Shown: positions 1-9,657, counted from the stretch's first letter. The stretch: DNA of 64,000 nucleotides from an uncultured delta proteobacterium (GCA_963841435.1 CAWJCS010000003.1:1408001-1472000), one strand, 5' to 3'. Translations and numbers: made by a program. Notes: generated by a model not told the origin, from the sequence alone.

Positions 1-242
1 GACTCCACCGGTCAGCCGTGCATCGGATCTGGAAGGCCGCCCTGAAGCTCGTAGGCCTCCCGCTACACCACGGCGTTCACGCGACCCGGCACTCCTACGC
101 CGTCGAGGTATACCGGAGGACGAGAGACCTTCGGCTCACGCAACGGTTGCTCGGCCATTCGAGTCCGAACACGACGCAGGTCTACGCAAGCCTGCTCGAC
201 GAGGATGTGAGGCGAGGGGTGGAGGCGATCTGGGCGGCGTAG
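1..242 (+). CDS. Tyrosine recombinase/integrase, C-terminal part (5' end outside window)
   Basis: HATRH (HxxR) motif and LLGHSSPNTTQVY with the catalytic His and Tyr; frame is open from the window start. Confidence 0.92.
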   Translation, partial: LHRSAVHRIWKAALKLVGLPLHHGVHATRHSYAVEVYRRTRDLRLTQRLLGHSSPNTTQVYASLLDEDVRRGVEAIWAA

Positions 243-254
243 TAGAGCGCCCCG

Positions 255-1052
255 CTATTTGGGGCCATTGATGTGCATCATGATCGAGCGACGGTAGACG
301 AGGCCGGGATCGATCTTGCGTGCGATCCTCGCGATCCGCGCCTTCCATTCCGAATGCTCGGCCCGTGCGACTCGGTCGGCCACGCAGAGGAGGTAGCCAA
401 CCATGTCGGCGAGCTGGAGCAGCGGGGAGCGGGCGCTGTCAGAGAAGGCGGGCTCGCCCAGATTGCGCAGGTTCGTCTTGTACTCGACCCAGGGGACGGG
501 CTTGGCCTCTGAGGCAACCCGACCCCACTGGGTGATGTGACCACCGAACATGAAGGCGTCGTACGCATGCCGATCCACCGGTTGCAGGTTCCTCCTCAGC
601 GCTTGTTGCTGAGGCGGCACACCGTCGAACACCGGGAAGACCAGGCCTTCTTCGGGCAGGCGCAGCGCTTCCACGACCTCACGGAAGTTATGGCTGTACA
701 GCTTGTCGCCGGGATCCATGTTCGCCTTGGTGAAGTGCTCCCGGATCTTCTTGGCCCCTGAGTGCCCAACCCTGACGATTTCGAGGCGTTCCGCGTTCAC
801 CAAGGCCACGATCTTCTCGAAGACCTTGAAGCGATGGTCATCCGTGACACCGCCAACGTCTCGGAGCAGATCGACGGCGTGCAGCTCGACGGCCGCCGGA
901 TGCTCGTGGCCGGCTTCGATGAGTGCCTCCTGGGCGATGCGGAGGACTGCATCGCGAACATCCGCGTACTGCTCAGCGGGGACGAAGACACCCGTCAACC
1001 ACGCAGTGTCGAGGTCTACGGACTCGTCGAGGAAGAGAAAGGTGACGTCCAT
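255..1052 (-). CDS. DUF3800-family protein (RNase H-like fold)
   Basis: N-terminal FLFLDES, central ELHAVDL and C-terminal DSARSPLLQLADMVGY are DUF3800 signatures. Confidence 0.8.
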   Translation of the reverse strand: MDVTFLFLDESVDLDTAWLTGVFVPAEQYADVRDAVLRIAQEALIEAGHEHPAAVELHAVDLLRDVGGVTDDHRFKVFEKIVALVNAERLEIVRVGHSGAKKIREHFTKANMDPGDKLYSHNFREVVEALRLPEEGLVFPVFDGVPPQQQALRRNLQPVDRHAYDAFMFGGHITQWGRVASEAKPVPWVEYKTNLRNLGEPAFSDSARSPLLQLADMVGYLLCVADRVARAEHSEWKARIARIARKIDPGLVYRRSIMMHINGPK

Positions 1053-1224
1053 CTCCGCTACGTACCTCTCGCTGGCCCGCTGCCAAGTCGGCCGGGAAGC
1101 CTCGTCCCGTCTGATGAGTCATCGCCTTGCGGTCTTCCCCATCCTTGCGGTTTCTGACCGGTGCTGAGGTCGACGGGCCCACCGGTGCTGGCGTCATAAT
1201 TCGGAGGAGATCAAGCTACCCATC

Positions 1225-1641
1225 ATGGAAGGCATTTTCGATCGACCCGTCCTCGGAGCTGATGTGGATGAATGGGACTTCACGCCCGACTACGAGCGCT
1301 TCGAGGAACGGATGGTGCAAGACCTCACGGAGGAGTTCACCCCGACTGGTTATCGTTGCCTGAAGCGCCGCTTGTTCGAATTCGACGACGGGGTGGAGAT
1401 TTGTCCCGACGCGGTGGTGGTCGTCAACGCGACCACGGGATCGGAAGTTGAATGTGTTGCTGATGCCAAGCTTCGAAAGGAGCTGAGAAAGCAGCACATC
1501 GATAAGATGATCACCTACAAGACCCGCCTCAGCGCCGGAGAAGCGCGAATATACGTTCCGTCGTCCTGCCGGGTTCCACGTTCGGTGCATCACTACGCGA
1601 ACGAGAACGGTATCGTCATTCGCGACGATCTCGTCCCGTAG
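1225..1641 (+). CDS. Small PD-(D/E)xK restriction-endonuclease-like protein
   Basis: FEERM...ICPDAVVV...VADAK...KQHIDKMITY pattern; GGAGGAG upstream at 1203-1209. Confidence 0.65.
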   Translation: MEGIFDRPVLGADVDEWDFTPDYERFEERMVQDLTEEFTPTGYRCLKRRLFEFDDGVEICPDAVVVVNATTGSEVECVADAKLRKELRKQHIDKMITYKTRLSAGEARIYVPSSCRVPRSVHHYANENGIVIRDDLVP

Positions 1642-1686
1642 TCCGTAGAGGTGCGCAACGCCTGCTCCCTGCACGTCCCGGACCCC

Positions 1687-2467
1687 CTACTTGGTCGAGT
1701 CGCCGCCTGCATCCCACGGTTCGAAGGGACGCTTTCGCGAAAACACCTCACCCGAGTCCAGGTCGAAGATCGCTCGGACCTTGTCGCGGACCTGTTCAAA
1801 CCGGTTCTCGGCCTGCGCACCAGAAGCTCGCTTCTTCTTGTCATCGGCCTCTTGCCTCGCCTTGATCCTTGTCCGGGCGTACTCGCCGACGATTCCGAGA
1901 ATGACGTCGGGCAGCGGCAGCGCCGGATCTTCTCCCTTCCTCGCCCGGCACACGGTAGGGGCTTCCACGGGGCGCCGCGACTTCGCGTTGGCGAGCTGCT
2001 CGTAGGCGACCGAGACCGTCCCCGACAAGCTCGCGCGGTCGATCTTGCTGTTCTCCTCCGCCAGGACCTCGATGGCGCAACGGTCGTAGCGGACAAGGCG
2101 GCCCTGAACGAGCTTGAACAGGAGGTGCCGGTAGGTCGCTTGGTAGGTGGCCTTGCTTTGGTCGGCGAGTGACGCGAAGGCGACGAAGCACCGGAACGGC
2201 AGAGCGCGAACTCGCTCCGTAAGCTTGCTCCGGTCATCGGGCACCAGCTCGTTCCAATGCAAGCCCTTCCTCGAAAGGGTCGTCTTATCGGTGGCCCCAT
2301 AGGGATCGTTGCCCAAGGTCTTCAGGAGGCCGTCGAGGCTTGCTCGCACAACGTCAACGTCCTCGACTACGGCGAGGGCGAGGAGCATGACTGGTCCGAC
2401 CCGACCCTCAACGACCGACTCGTCGACGAGGAACAGGACCTTCCGGGCGAGGGGGGCCCCCTGACTA
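1687..2467 (-). pseudogene. DUF3800-like RNase H-fold domain, 5'-truncated by IS630
   Basis: KVLFLVDES...KGLHWNEL...DPALPLPDVILG. No start codon before the IS630 end at 2468, so the 1687..3132 ORF is a read-through chimera. Confidence 0.65.
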
Positions 2468-3362
2468 CAGCAGTTTTCAATGAGATGGATCACGGAGAGG
2501 GGTATCCGCAGTGGCCGAACCATCCGGCGGAGTCGGCCGGCGTGATCGCGTGAAGCGCATCGGCGACGGCGCAGACCAGTCGTCGCCACGTGCGGACACC
2601 AAGGCGACGCAGGAGCGCTTTCGCCTTCGACCAGGCCAGTTCGATCGGGTTGAGGTCGGGAGAGTAGGGTGGCAGGAACTCGAGCCGCGCGCCGGTGCAC
2701 TCGACAGCGAGGCGCACCTCGAAGTCGGTGTGAATGCCCAGGTTGTCCCAGATGGACGATGTCTCCCGGCTTCAGGAGCGGGACAAGGAACTCCCGAGCC
2801 CAGACGCGCATCGCCTCGGTGTTCATCGCGCCGGGCAGCAACAACGGTGCATGCACGCCGTCGAGCGACAGCGCGGCGATCAGCGAGAAGTTCTCCCAGC
2901 GCCTGCCCGGAACGTGGTCAACGAGCCGCTCGCCGCGCGGAGCCCAACCGTTTGCCCGCGTGAGCGCGAGGTTGACCCCACTCTCGTCCACGAACCAAAG
3001 GCGTCTCTTGCGCCAGCGCTGCCGACGCTTGCAGAATACCTCCCGGGCGCAGACTACGTCCGGCCGCTCGCGCTCCGAGGCCTGGAGGGACTTTTTTTTC
3101 GAGTCAGGCCGAGCCGGCGCAGGCTCCGCCACATCGTCGTCTCGCTGACCGCGACGGCGGTCTGCTTCGCCAGCAACTCCGACAGCTCCACGAGGGAAGC
3201 GTCCGGCCGCTTCGCAGCGAGCTTTCGTAGCCGTCGCTCCGTCGCCCCCTTCACAAAGCGCTCCTTGCCCGGGGCCTTTCCCGGTGCCGGATCCCCCGTT
3301 TCCCGAACCTGGATCCGAAGCTTCCGAACGAAGCTCGCGCTCACCGCGAACCTCCGTCCCAC
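2468..3362 (-). mobile_element. IS630-family element, truncated at its 5' end
   Basis: HTH part (RRFAVSASFVRK...RRLGLTRKK), A8G slippery site at 3091-3099, WFVDESG, IWDN (broken by a +1 base near 2755) and FLPPYSPDLNPIELAWSKAK. Terminus TA|CAGCAGTTTTCAAT at 2466-2481. The other end is missing. Confidence 0.9.
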
Positions 3363-3605
3363 CCGCAACAGCGAAGCGAAACGTTCACTGACGAGCAGAC
3401 TATCCCCGGGCCCAAACGCAACGTCGCCAAATTCCGATCCCCACGTCTCGAGTTCCACTTGGTACGGCGGCTGCCATCTCAACATGCCAACGAATCGATT
3501 GCATGCAGGGCATCGTGGCGCGTCTCCCACGTTGTGCGGTTCCGTCGGTAGAAAATCCGTCGTTGCGGCTCCGACAGGTCCCGGGTTCTGCAGCAGATAG
3601 ATCAC
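3363..3605 (-). pseudogene. Putative immunity protein (CPxC, Imm11/DUF1629-like), 3'-truncated and fused to the IS630 remnant
   Basis: VIYLLQ...GDAPRCPAC...FGDVAFGPGDSLLVSERF. Its GTG start overlaps the TGA of the upstream toxin-like remnant. Confidence 0.5.
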
Positions 3606-3760
3606 GGCAGCCCCCCCGGAAAGCGCTGCAGCATCTCGGGCCGTTGATAAGCGGAGTGTAGATACGACTCGAATTGTGCTGGCGTCGCATTCGGATTTGC
3701 TCGTATCCATCCAGATACTTCGGCGTCGAGCGCTCGGGACGGCCGTCGCACAAGCCAAGT
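3602..3760 (-). pseudogene. Start-less remnant resembling a polymorphic toxin C-terminus
   Basis: Not in the ORF track. Reads ...LDAEVSGWIRANPNATPAQFESYLHSAYQRPEMLQRFPGGLP*, with a GTGA overlap onto the next gene. Confidence 0.55.
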
Positions 3761-4255
3761 TTACCACCACTCCTCCCTCTCCAGAAGCGCGCAGAATTGC
3801 CCCGCAATGCGCTCCATTTCTCGCCGCCGCAGGAAGCACTCGTGCAGGTGGTCGCTGCCAGATTCGCGCCAGAGACACCGCTCCGCGCCTTGTTCGTCCG
3901 TGAGGAGTAGGATGTCATAGCGATCGAAAGCCGACATTCCGACGTGCGAAATATGAAACCGGTCGTAGGCGTCGGCAATCGCAGGAAGTCGAGGATCCCT
4001 GTTCATCACCGGATCGTAGATGCGGGCGAATACTTCCTTTGCAGAAAGGGCGAACAGCCCCGGCTCGAACCTGATGCGCGGAACGCTCTCAAAGTCTCTC
4101 AGCCAGCGATGACACCCACGGAGGTCTACCGAGTCATGCCAATTCCCCAGTGCGTGACCACACAGCCAGAAGCGAAGGTGCCCGAGCACCCATTCATCGA
4201 CGCGCTCGTCGATTTCGCATTCGATGGCAAACCTCTGAGGATTACCTTCTATCAT
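3761..4255 (-). CDS. Imm42-family immunity protein
   Basis: MIEGNPQRFAIE...LGHLRFWLCGHALGN...FHISHVGMSAFDRYDILL resembles Imm42. Confidence 0.7.
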   Translation of the reverse strand: MIEGNPQRFAIECEIDERVDEWVLGHLRFWLCGHALGNWHDSVDLRGCHRWLRDFESVPRIRFEPGLFALSAKEVFARIYDPVMNRDPRLPAIADAYDRFHISHVGMSAFDRYDILLLTDEQGAERCLWRESGSDHLHECFLRRREMERIAGQFCALLEREEWW

Positions 4256-4262
4256 AGCCCAT

Positions 4263-5024
4263 TCAACCTATCAACGGCGGCTGCTCCCAGTCGAAAAGAT
4301 CCAACGTAAACACGATCCCAAACCTATCGGCATCGAGTTCAAGCCAATGTAGCGCCCGTGCGTCGTCGCTCGAACTGCTCACCTTGGCTGTCTCGTAGAG
4401 CGCGACTCGGCGCGGCGGACCAAAGAAATCAAGGTGGCCTCGAACAACGTGCGCCAATTCGTGATGAAGAAAGAAGGACACGGCCGCACCGAACACATCC
4501 TCGAAGAGGCAACGTCGGATGCAAGGTCTGGCGTCCTGCACCGACGGCGGTTGCGCGACTGCCTCGATGCCAGCGCCGGCCCGACCGGTTTTGCGTAGGT
4601 TCTCGCCAACTCTTCTAAGGCGTGTTGCTGCCGAGGCAGCCTCGTCCGCCGGCACCTCCAGCTCGGGCCAGACATCCGCACACATGATCGCCGCGTGGCA
4701 AAGCGTCGCAAGAGCGGGCAGAGCGCCCGCGAACACCCCGATGAAATTGCGCGCACCTTCGGCGAAGGCAACCGCATTGACGGTATCGTTGTCAACGAAG
4801 TCGAAGTAGATCGATTTGTAAGCCGCGCGCAGACGTGGGTCGGGAACCTCACGCTCGCCCGACAACCGCGCCATCATCAGCCCTTGGAAATTGTCTCCCC
4901 ACTGCTCGCGGCGACTGTTGGGAAGGCGTCCGCCGTCCCCCCGCGTTAGACGATGGAATTCGTCTGGGCTCACGTCGCGACGGTCGAATGCGGTTCGAAG
5001 GAGTCGTACCCAGCGACCAATCAC
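4263..5024 (-). CDS. Lit/peptidase U49-like zinc metallopeptidase, probably 3'-truncated
   Basis: VNAVA, FFLHHELAHVVRGH (HEXXH) and WLELDADRFG motifs; the ORF ends soon after the third zinc ligand. Confidence 0.65.
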   Translation of the reverse strand: MIGRWVRLLRTAFDRRDVSPDEFHRLTRGDGGRLPNSRREQWGDNFQGLMMARLSGEREVPDPRLRAAYKSIYFDFVDNDTVNAVAFAEGARNFIGVFAGALPALATLCHAAIMCADVWPELEVPADEAASAATRLRRVGENLRKTGRAGAGIEAVAQPPSVQDARPCIRRCLFEDVFGAAVSFFLHHELAHVVRGHLDFFGPPRRVALYETAKVSSSSDDARALHWLELDADRFGIVFTLDLFDWEQPPLIG

Positions 5025-5356
5025 GACGTGGCCCTCGTCGAGGTCTTGCTCACGTGTTCACGAAGGCTTGATAGCGCCAAAGGCGATAGTCACGAACATC
5101 AGTGCCAGGGAACCAACGTATGAATTGTGCGCAAACCAATCCCAGCTTGCAACAGGTGCGCCGCCGACCGCGAACACCCAGACCGGGAAGGCGATTGCTG
5201 CCAGTACAAGCTGCATTGCAACGGGCCTCTTCCCTTCCCGATCGGCGACGACGGCCAGGTAGACGGGGACGAAGGCCCAAACGGTGATTGCAACAGCCCA
5301 AAGTACCCACGACGCTGCACTCGCGGGCACGATCGCGCGTGCGGACAGGTATAGAC

Positions 5357-6871
5357 GTACCCGTTCACCGGGTCCGCGGGAGTCAGCTGAGGAGTTGAGG
5401 GGCAGGCTGGTTGCGTAGCATGGCAGTGCAGGCGTCGGTGAGGAACGAGAGGACGTGACGCTTCTGTTTTCGGAGGGTGTGGACGGTGGTCATGACGCGC
5501 TCGGCGAAGCGCTCGCCGCGGTCGCTCTGGGATCCGAAGCAGCGTTTTCGCCACAGGACGAAAGCCCTGAGCTCGCGCTCGGCGTGGTTGTTGGTTGGCT
5601 CGACGCCGGGCACGTGGACGAAGGTCCAAAGTGCTGCGCGGTGCTCGAGGATGTCGGAAAGGCTCCCGCTGACGCCGCGCACGCCAAGGGAAGCCCCGCG
5701 CGCGAGCAGATCTTCGACATGCGGCTGGAGCGCCGCCATCTTGCGCTGGAAGTCGGGGCGGCTGAGGGTCCCGTCGCGGATGCGATGCCACTCGTGAAAA
5801 AGGACCTGGGTCAGAAGCACGAGGCCGGTGCCGATCTCGGCGACCGGCCCTTGGGAGTTTTCGGAGAACTCGACGAATTTTCGATGCAGGTGCGCCCAGC
5901 AGATCTGCCGCCGCCCCATGGCCCAGAATCCGAACTGGGTGCCGCGGTCGCTGACCAGGATCCCGCGTGCTCCGCGCAGGAAGCGCTTGATCGTGTCGAG
6001 CGTCGCGTCCTTGCTGATCGAGAACACCGTCGAGAGCTCGGTCGCGATGGTCCAGAGCGCTCGGTACTTGCCCGCACGGCGCCAGGTTGTGCCGTCCACG
6101 TGCTTGACGGGCTGGCTGACAGCGTGAGCGTGAGCGTGCTGCACGGGTTTTTCCAGGGCGCGACTCACGCGTCCTTCGAGCTCGCTCAGTGCCCCGAGCG
6201 AGATGCAGACGCCGAGCATGTCGCCGAGGAGGCTGCGTGCTTGCCGGCGGCTCAAGTGAAAGAAGCCGGTCAGGAGCGCCACGAACGCCATCAGCCGAGG
6301 GCCGCACATCCCCGCCGGCACGCCCAGCGGCAGCGTCGCGCGGCTTGCCCGCCCACAGCGTCCGCAGCAAACGGCGTGCAGCCGATGCTCGGTCACGTCG
6401 GGCTCGATCGCTGGCAACTCGAGAACCTGGTGGATCAGCGGATTCTCGTCCTCTCGACGAGGCAGCTTGTTGCCGCATCCCAGACACGCTGGCGGGAAGT
6501 GCTCTTCGGTCCGCGTCACCTTCTCCGGCGGCAAGAGCGCTCGCATCCGGGCCTTGTGTCCGGGCTGCCCGCCGGGCTTGCGCCCCGTCGGAGGCTTCTT
6601 CGCCCGCTCGTCCCGCTGAGCCGGGGTGTCCGCCGACGGTGGCTGGCTCGAGTTGCGCGACGAGCGCCCCATCAGCAACTCGAGATGAGCAATTCGCTTC
6701 CGAAGCTCGGCGTTTTCCGCTCGAAGCTCGCCGATCAGCTCGTCGCGCTCGTCCTGCGCCACGAACCGATTGGTGCCCTGAATCGCTGCCGATGGAAAGC
6801 CTCACGTGATCATGGAAGAAAATCGATCACTTACCCGACCCTCACACCGCACGACCCCGGTGAACGGGTAC
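5357..6871 (-). mobile_element. IS66-family element, single-ORF (ISBst12-like), 1515 bp
   Basis: Perfect 16-bp IR GTACCCGTTCACCGGG; 8-bp TSD GTATAGAC at 5349-5356 and 6872-6879. Confidence 0.95.
5383..6762 (-). CDS. IS66-family transposase
   Basis: SSRNSSQPPS, KPGGQPGH, zinc finger, HVDGT, LVSDR, QICWAHL and PTNNHAERELR motifs. Confidence 0.95.
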   Translation of the reverse strand: MAQDERDELIGELRAENAELRKRIAHLELLMGRSSRNSSQPPSADTPAQRDERAKKPPTGRKPGGQPGHKARMRALLPPEKVTRTEEHFPPACLGCGNKLPRREDENPLIHQVLELPAIEPDVTEHRLHAVCCGRCGRASRATLPLGVPAGMCGPRLMAFVALLTGFFHLSRRQARSLLGDMLGVCISLGALSELEGRVSRALEKPVQHAHAHAVSQPVKHVDGTTWRRAGKYRALWTIATELSTVFSISKDATLDTIKRFLRGARGILVSDRGTQFGFWAMGRRQICWAHLHRKFVEFSENSQGPVAEIGTGLVLLTQVLFHEWHRIRDGTLSRPDFQRKMAALQPHVEDLLARGASLGVRGVSGSLSDILEHRAALWTFVHVPGVEPTNNHAERELRAFVLWRKRCFGSQSDRGERFAERVMTTVHTLRKQKRHVLSFLTDACTAMLRNQPAPQLLS

Positions 6872-7437
6872 GTATAGACCCACCATCTCCGCAGGAATGT
6901 ACTTTAGGAGGCGCTCAAAGAACGCCTCAGGACTTTGCGGAGTGGTCCCCGTCGATCCAGTTGGAGCGGCACCAAATCTCGTTGTGCTAGACGGAACAGC
7001 AATCGTTCGACTCATGAGTCCCTCGCAACATGATTATCCTTTGGTTGGGGCGAAAGGTCCAGCAAACGTTCTCCGGACGCGTAGGCCAGTCCTGCTCACA
7101 TTGCAACTGGTCAGAGCTTGGGCCAGAGGTCGCTGTATCACGTTGGAAACGGAACCAAACGACCAAACGATGTGACGCAGGTGGCGAGACGGAGGGCCAA
7201 GACATAGAGCGGTTCTATGCGGCGTGGCCTACCACGCGGGATGCTGCATGAGCCACCAGCGGCAGGCGCGCCTTTTGCTTAGTGCTTGCTCGCCGCTACC
7301 GTCGGACCGCGTCCATCTCACTTAACCGAGTGCGGTACGGTTTCAGATAGTAGCCCCCGGTCTCAGGATAGTTGCCGCCTCTCGTAGCTTAGGCGCGGGA
7401 GGATTTCCGATGGCACAGGGGGCACTCGGAAGCGGCA

Positions 7438-7965
7438 ATGAAGTATTCGGAATCGTTCAAGGCGAAGATGGTGCAGAAGATGGCGAGAGGGCGGAGCGCG
7501 AGTTCGCTGTCCCCGGAGGTGGGGGTGAATCAGCCGACGCTATCGAGGTGGCTGCGTGATGCGGGTAGATTGCGGTTGGTGAAGCGACCGCAGGACGACA
7601 AGGACAGGGAAACCACGGCGAGGCGCCCGGACGAATGGAGCGCGGAGGAGAAGCTCCAGGCCGTGCTGGAAGCGAAAGGGCTGACAGAGAGCGAACTTGG
7701 AGAGTTTCTGCGGCGACGGGGGCTGCACGAGAAGCAGCTACGTGAATGGGAGGCTGCGGCGGTGGAGTCGCTGCGCGGGCACAAGGCGCGCGGCAAGTCT
7801 GCCGAGGCGAAGCGGGTGAAGGAGCTCGAGCGGGAGCTACGGCGCAAGGAGAAGGCGCTGGCGGAGACAGCAGCGCTCTTGGTGCTCCGAAAAAAAGCGG
7901 AAGCTCTGTGGGGGGACGAGGACGCCTCCACGGAGCCGAACAGCGACGACGAGTCCTCGAACTGA
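7438..7965 (+). CDS. IS3 transposase OrfA
   Basis: MKYSESFKAKMV HTH and ELRRKEKALAETAALLVLRKK; A7G slippery run at about 7889-7897. Confidence 0.92.
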   Translation: MKYSESFKAKMVQKMARGRSASSLSPEVGVNQPTLSRWLRDAGRLRLVKRPQDDKDRETTARRPDEWSAEEKLQAVLEAKGLTESELGEFLRRRGLHEKQLREWEAAAVESLRGHKARGKSAEAKRVKELERELRRKEKALAETAALLVLRKKAEALWGDEDASTEPNSDDESSN

Positions 7966-8954
7966 TCACCGAAGCCGTGACCGCGGGAGCGCGCCAGCGG
8001 GCGGCCAGCCGCGAGCTCGGGCTGGATGCCCGCACGGTGCAACGATGGCGCGCAGGCGCCGACGAGGACCGCCGGTCGGGGCCGCGGCGTCATCCGCCGA
8101 GCGCCGTCAGCGAACAGCAACGGCGGCACGTCCTGGCGCTCTTGACGAGCCCGCGCTTCCGGGACCTGTCGCCGAGGCAGGTCGTGCCGACCCTCGCGGA
8201 CGAGGGAATTTACACGGTTTCGGAGGCCACGATGTACCGTCTCCTCCGAAGCGAGCGGTTGCTGACTCACCGAGCGAGCTCGCGACCGCGGACGCACCAC
8301 CGGCCGCCGGAGCTCGTGGCGGCGACCCCGAACACGGTGTGGTGTTGGGACATCACGTACTTGCGGGCGCCGGTGCGCGGCACCTTCTACTACCTGTACC
8401 TGCTCGAGGATCTCTACAGCCGTCGGATTGTCGGCTGGCAGGTGCTCGACTGCGAATCGGCGGAAGCCGCTGCATTGCTCGTCGAACGGACGTGCGCCGA
8501 GCTCAAGGTCGACTCGTCGAGGTTGCACCTGCACGCGGACAACGGCGGGCCCATGAAGGGAGCGACGATGCTGGCGACGCTCCAGCGACTGGGCGTCGTC
8601 GCGTCCTTCAGCAGACCGCGAGTGAGCGACGACAACCCATTTGCCGAGTCACTTTTTCGCACACTCAAGTACCGACCTGGCTTCCCAAGTCGGCCCTTCC
8701 GTGATATCGAGGAAGCACGTCAGTGGGTGAGCGGCTTCGTGCGCTGGTACAACGAACAGCATCTGCACTCGGCGCTGAACTTCGTCACGCCGAACGACCG
8801 CTATTTCGGCCGCGACGCGGCAATTCTCGCCGCCCGCCATCTCGTCTACCAGCGCGCGCGGGGCCGGCATCCGGAACGCTGGACCGGTGAAACTCGCAAC
8901 TGGTCGCCGGCACCAGCCGTCACCCTCAACCCGAACCAAGCGAGCAGCTCGTAG
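7890..8954 (+). CDS. IS3 transposase OrfB (integrase core, reached by -1 frameshift)
   Basis: WCWDITY, LHADNGGPMKG and SRPRVSDDNPFAESLFRTLKY DDE motifs. Confidence 0.92.
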   Translation, partial: KKSGSSVGGRGRLHGAEQRRRVLELITEAVTAGARQRAASRELGLDARTVQRWRAGADEDRRSGPRRHPPSAVSEQQRRHVLALLTSPRFRDLSPRQVVPTLADEGIYTVSEATMYRLLRSERLLTHRASSRPRTHHRPPELVAATPNTVWCWDITYLRAPVRGTFYYLYLLEDLYSRRIVGWQVLDCESAEAAALLVERTCAELKVDSSRLHLHADNGGPMKGATMLATLQRLGVVASFSRPRVSDDNPFAESLFRTLKYRPGFPSRPFRDIEEARQWVSGFVRWYNEQHLHSALNFVTPNDRYFGRDAAILAARHLVYQRARGRHPERWTGETRNWSPAPAVTLNPNQASSS

Positions 8955-9306
8955 CGACGACACTCTCGATTCAGATCAAGCGGCAACTATCCTGAAACTC
9001 GCCGGTAGTGCACGACGGCTTCCGACAAATCCTGGGTGTCAACTGGTTTCGAGCCCGTCGGGTCCAACGGGACCGTTTTGGCGGCGATGCCGTTGAACTT
9101 TGCATCAGGCATTGGCCTTAGAAAATCTAAGGCTCCGGCTGAGGCTACGCTCGATCTCATTCGGGGGCTCATGCCTGGCTCAGTCGCGTCAAGGATCGGA
9201 CCCCCGCTGGTGTCCGGCTGCGCCGGATGGTTAACGACGATTGCGCGTATCCGGAGCGCAGACCCCGTACTTCACGAGTTCGTGACGAGCGTGCAGGCTC
9301 GCGCGA

Positions 9307-9657
9307 ATGAAAGCGGAGACACAAGCCGTTTGGGCGGAGCGGGTCGAGGCATGGCGGGGGAGCGGGAAGACCGCTCCTGAGTTCGCGGCGGACAAGCCAT
9401 ACGCAGGCTCGACGTTGCAGTGGGCGGCATCGCGACTGCGGCGGTCGGGCGGCGGGGGTCGGAAACGACGAGTCGCGGGGGCGAGTCGGCACCCGGCGGC
9501 CGGCATCGAGTTGACGGAGGTCGTTCGGCGCCCGGGGCGAGGAGCAGTCGCCGAGGACATGGTGCTCGAGGTCGCAGGGGCACGCATCGCGGTGCGCCGC
9601 GGATTCGACGCGGCGCTGCTGCGAGACGTTGTTCAGGCTCTGCGGGGGGCGCGATGA
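9307..9657 (+). CDS. tnpA: IS66 accessory protein TnpA
   Basis: WAERVEAWRGSG...STLQWAASRLR...RIAVRRGFDAALLRDVVQAL; first ORF inside the IR. Confidence 0.85.
   Translation: MKAETQAVWAERVEAWRGSGKTAPEFAADKPYAGSTLQWAASRLRRSGGGGRKRRVAGASRHPAAGIELTEVVRRPGRGAVAEDMVLEVAGARIAVRRGFDAALLRDVVQALRGAR

Larger units (their letters stand above)
5058..7015 (-). pseudogene. 144-aa multi-pass membrane protein interrupted by IS66
   Basis: Removing 5357-6871 plus one TSD copy restores MSRTIAVP...FFERLLKYIPAEMVGLY|LSARAIVPASAASWVLW...GAIKPS* in frame. GAGGG RBS upstream of 7015. Confidence 0.85.
7354..9004 (+). mobile_element. IS3-family element, 1651 bp
   Basis: Imperfect 25-bp IRs sharing TCAGGATAGTTGCCGC; 4-bp TSD GTAG at 7350-7353 and 9005-9008. 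Confidence 0.92.
7296..9246 (-). pseudogene. C-terminal gene fragment split by IS3 and cut off by IS66
   Basis: Removing the IS3 restores ...AIVVNHPAQPDTSGGPILD...LSEAVVHY|YLKPYRTRLSEMDAVRR* in frame. Confidence 0.55.

Noticed and set aside
1-242. This recombinase as the integrase for the tRNA-Lys att site
   Set aside because: Only the C-terminus is visible, 17 kb from the att site; it may be an internal Xer-like resolvase, so it cannot be assigned.
1105-1195. Hammerhead ribozyme suggested by CTGATGAG at 1111
   Set aside because: No following stem II plus GAAA core. The short repeats CCTTGCGGT x2 and ACCGGTGCTG x2 are too weak to call.
1687-3132. 481-aa transposase-DUF3800 fusion protein
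   Set aside because: Artefact of a +1 indel near 2755 reading through the IS630 end into the disrupted gene.
7020-7295. Small ORFs or ncRNA in the lower-GC gap
   Set aside because: No convincing RBS, motif or stable structure recognised.
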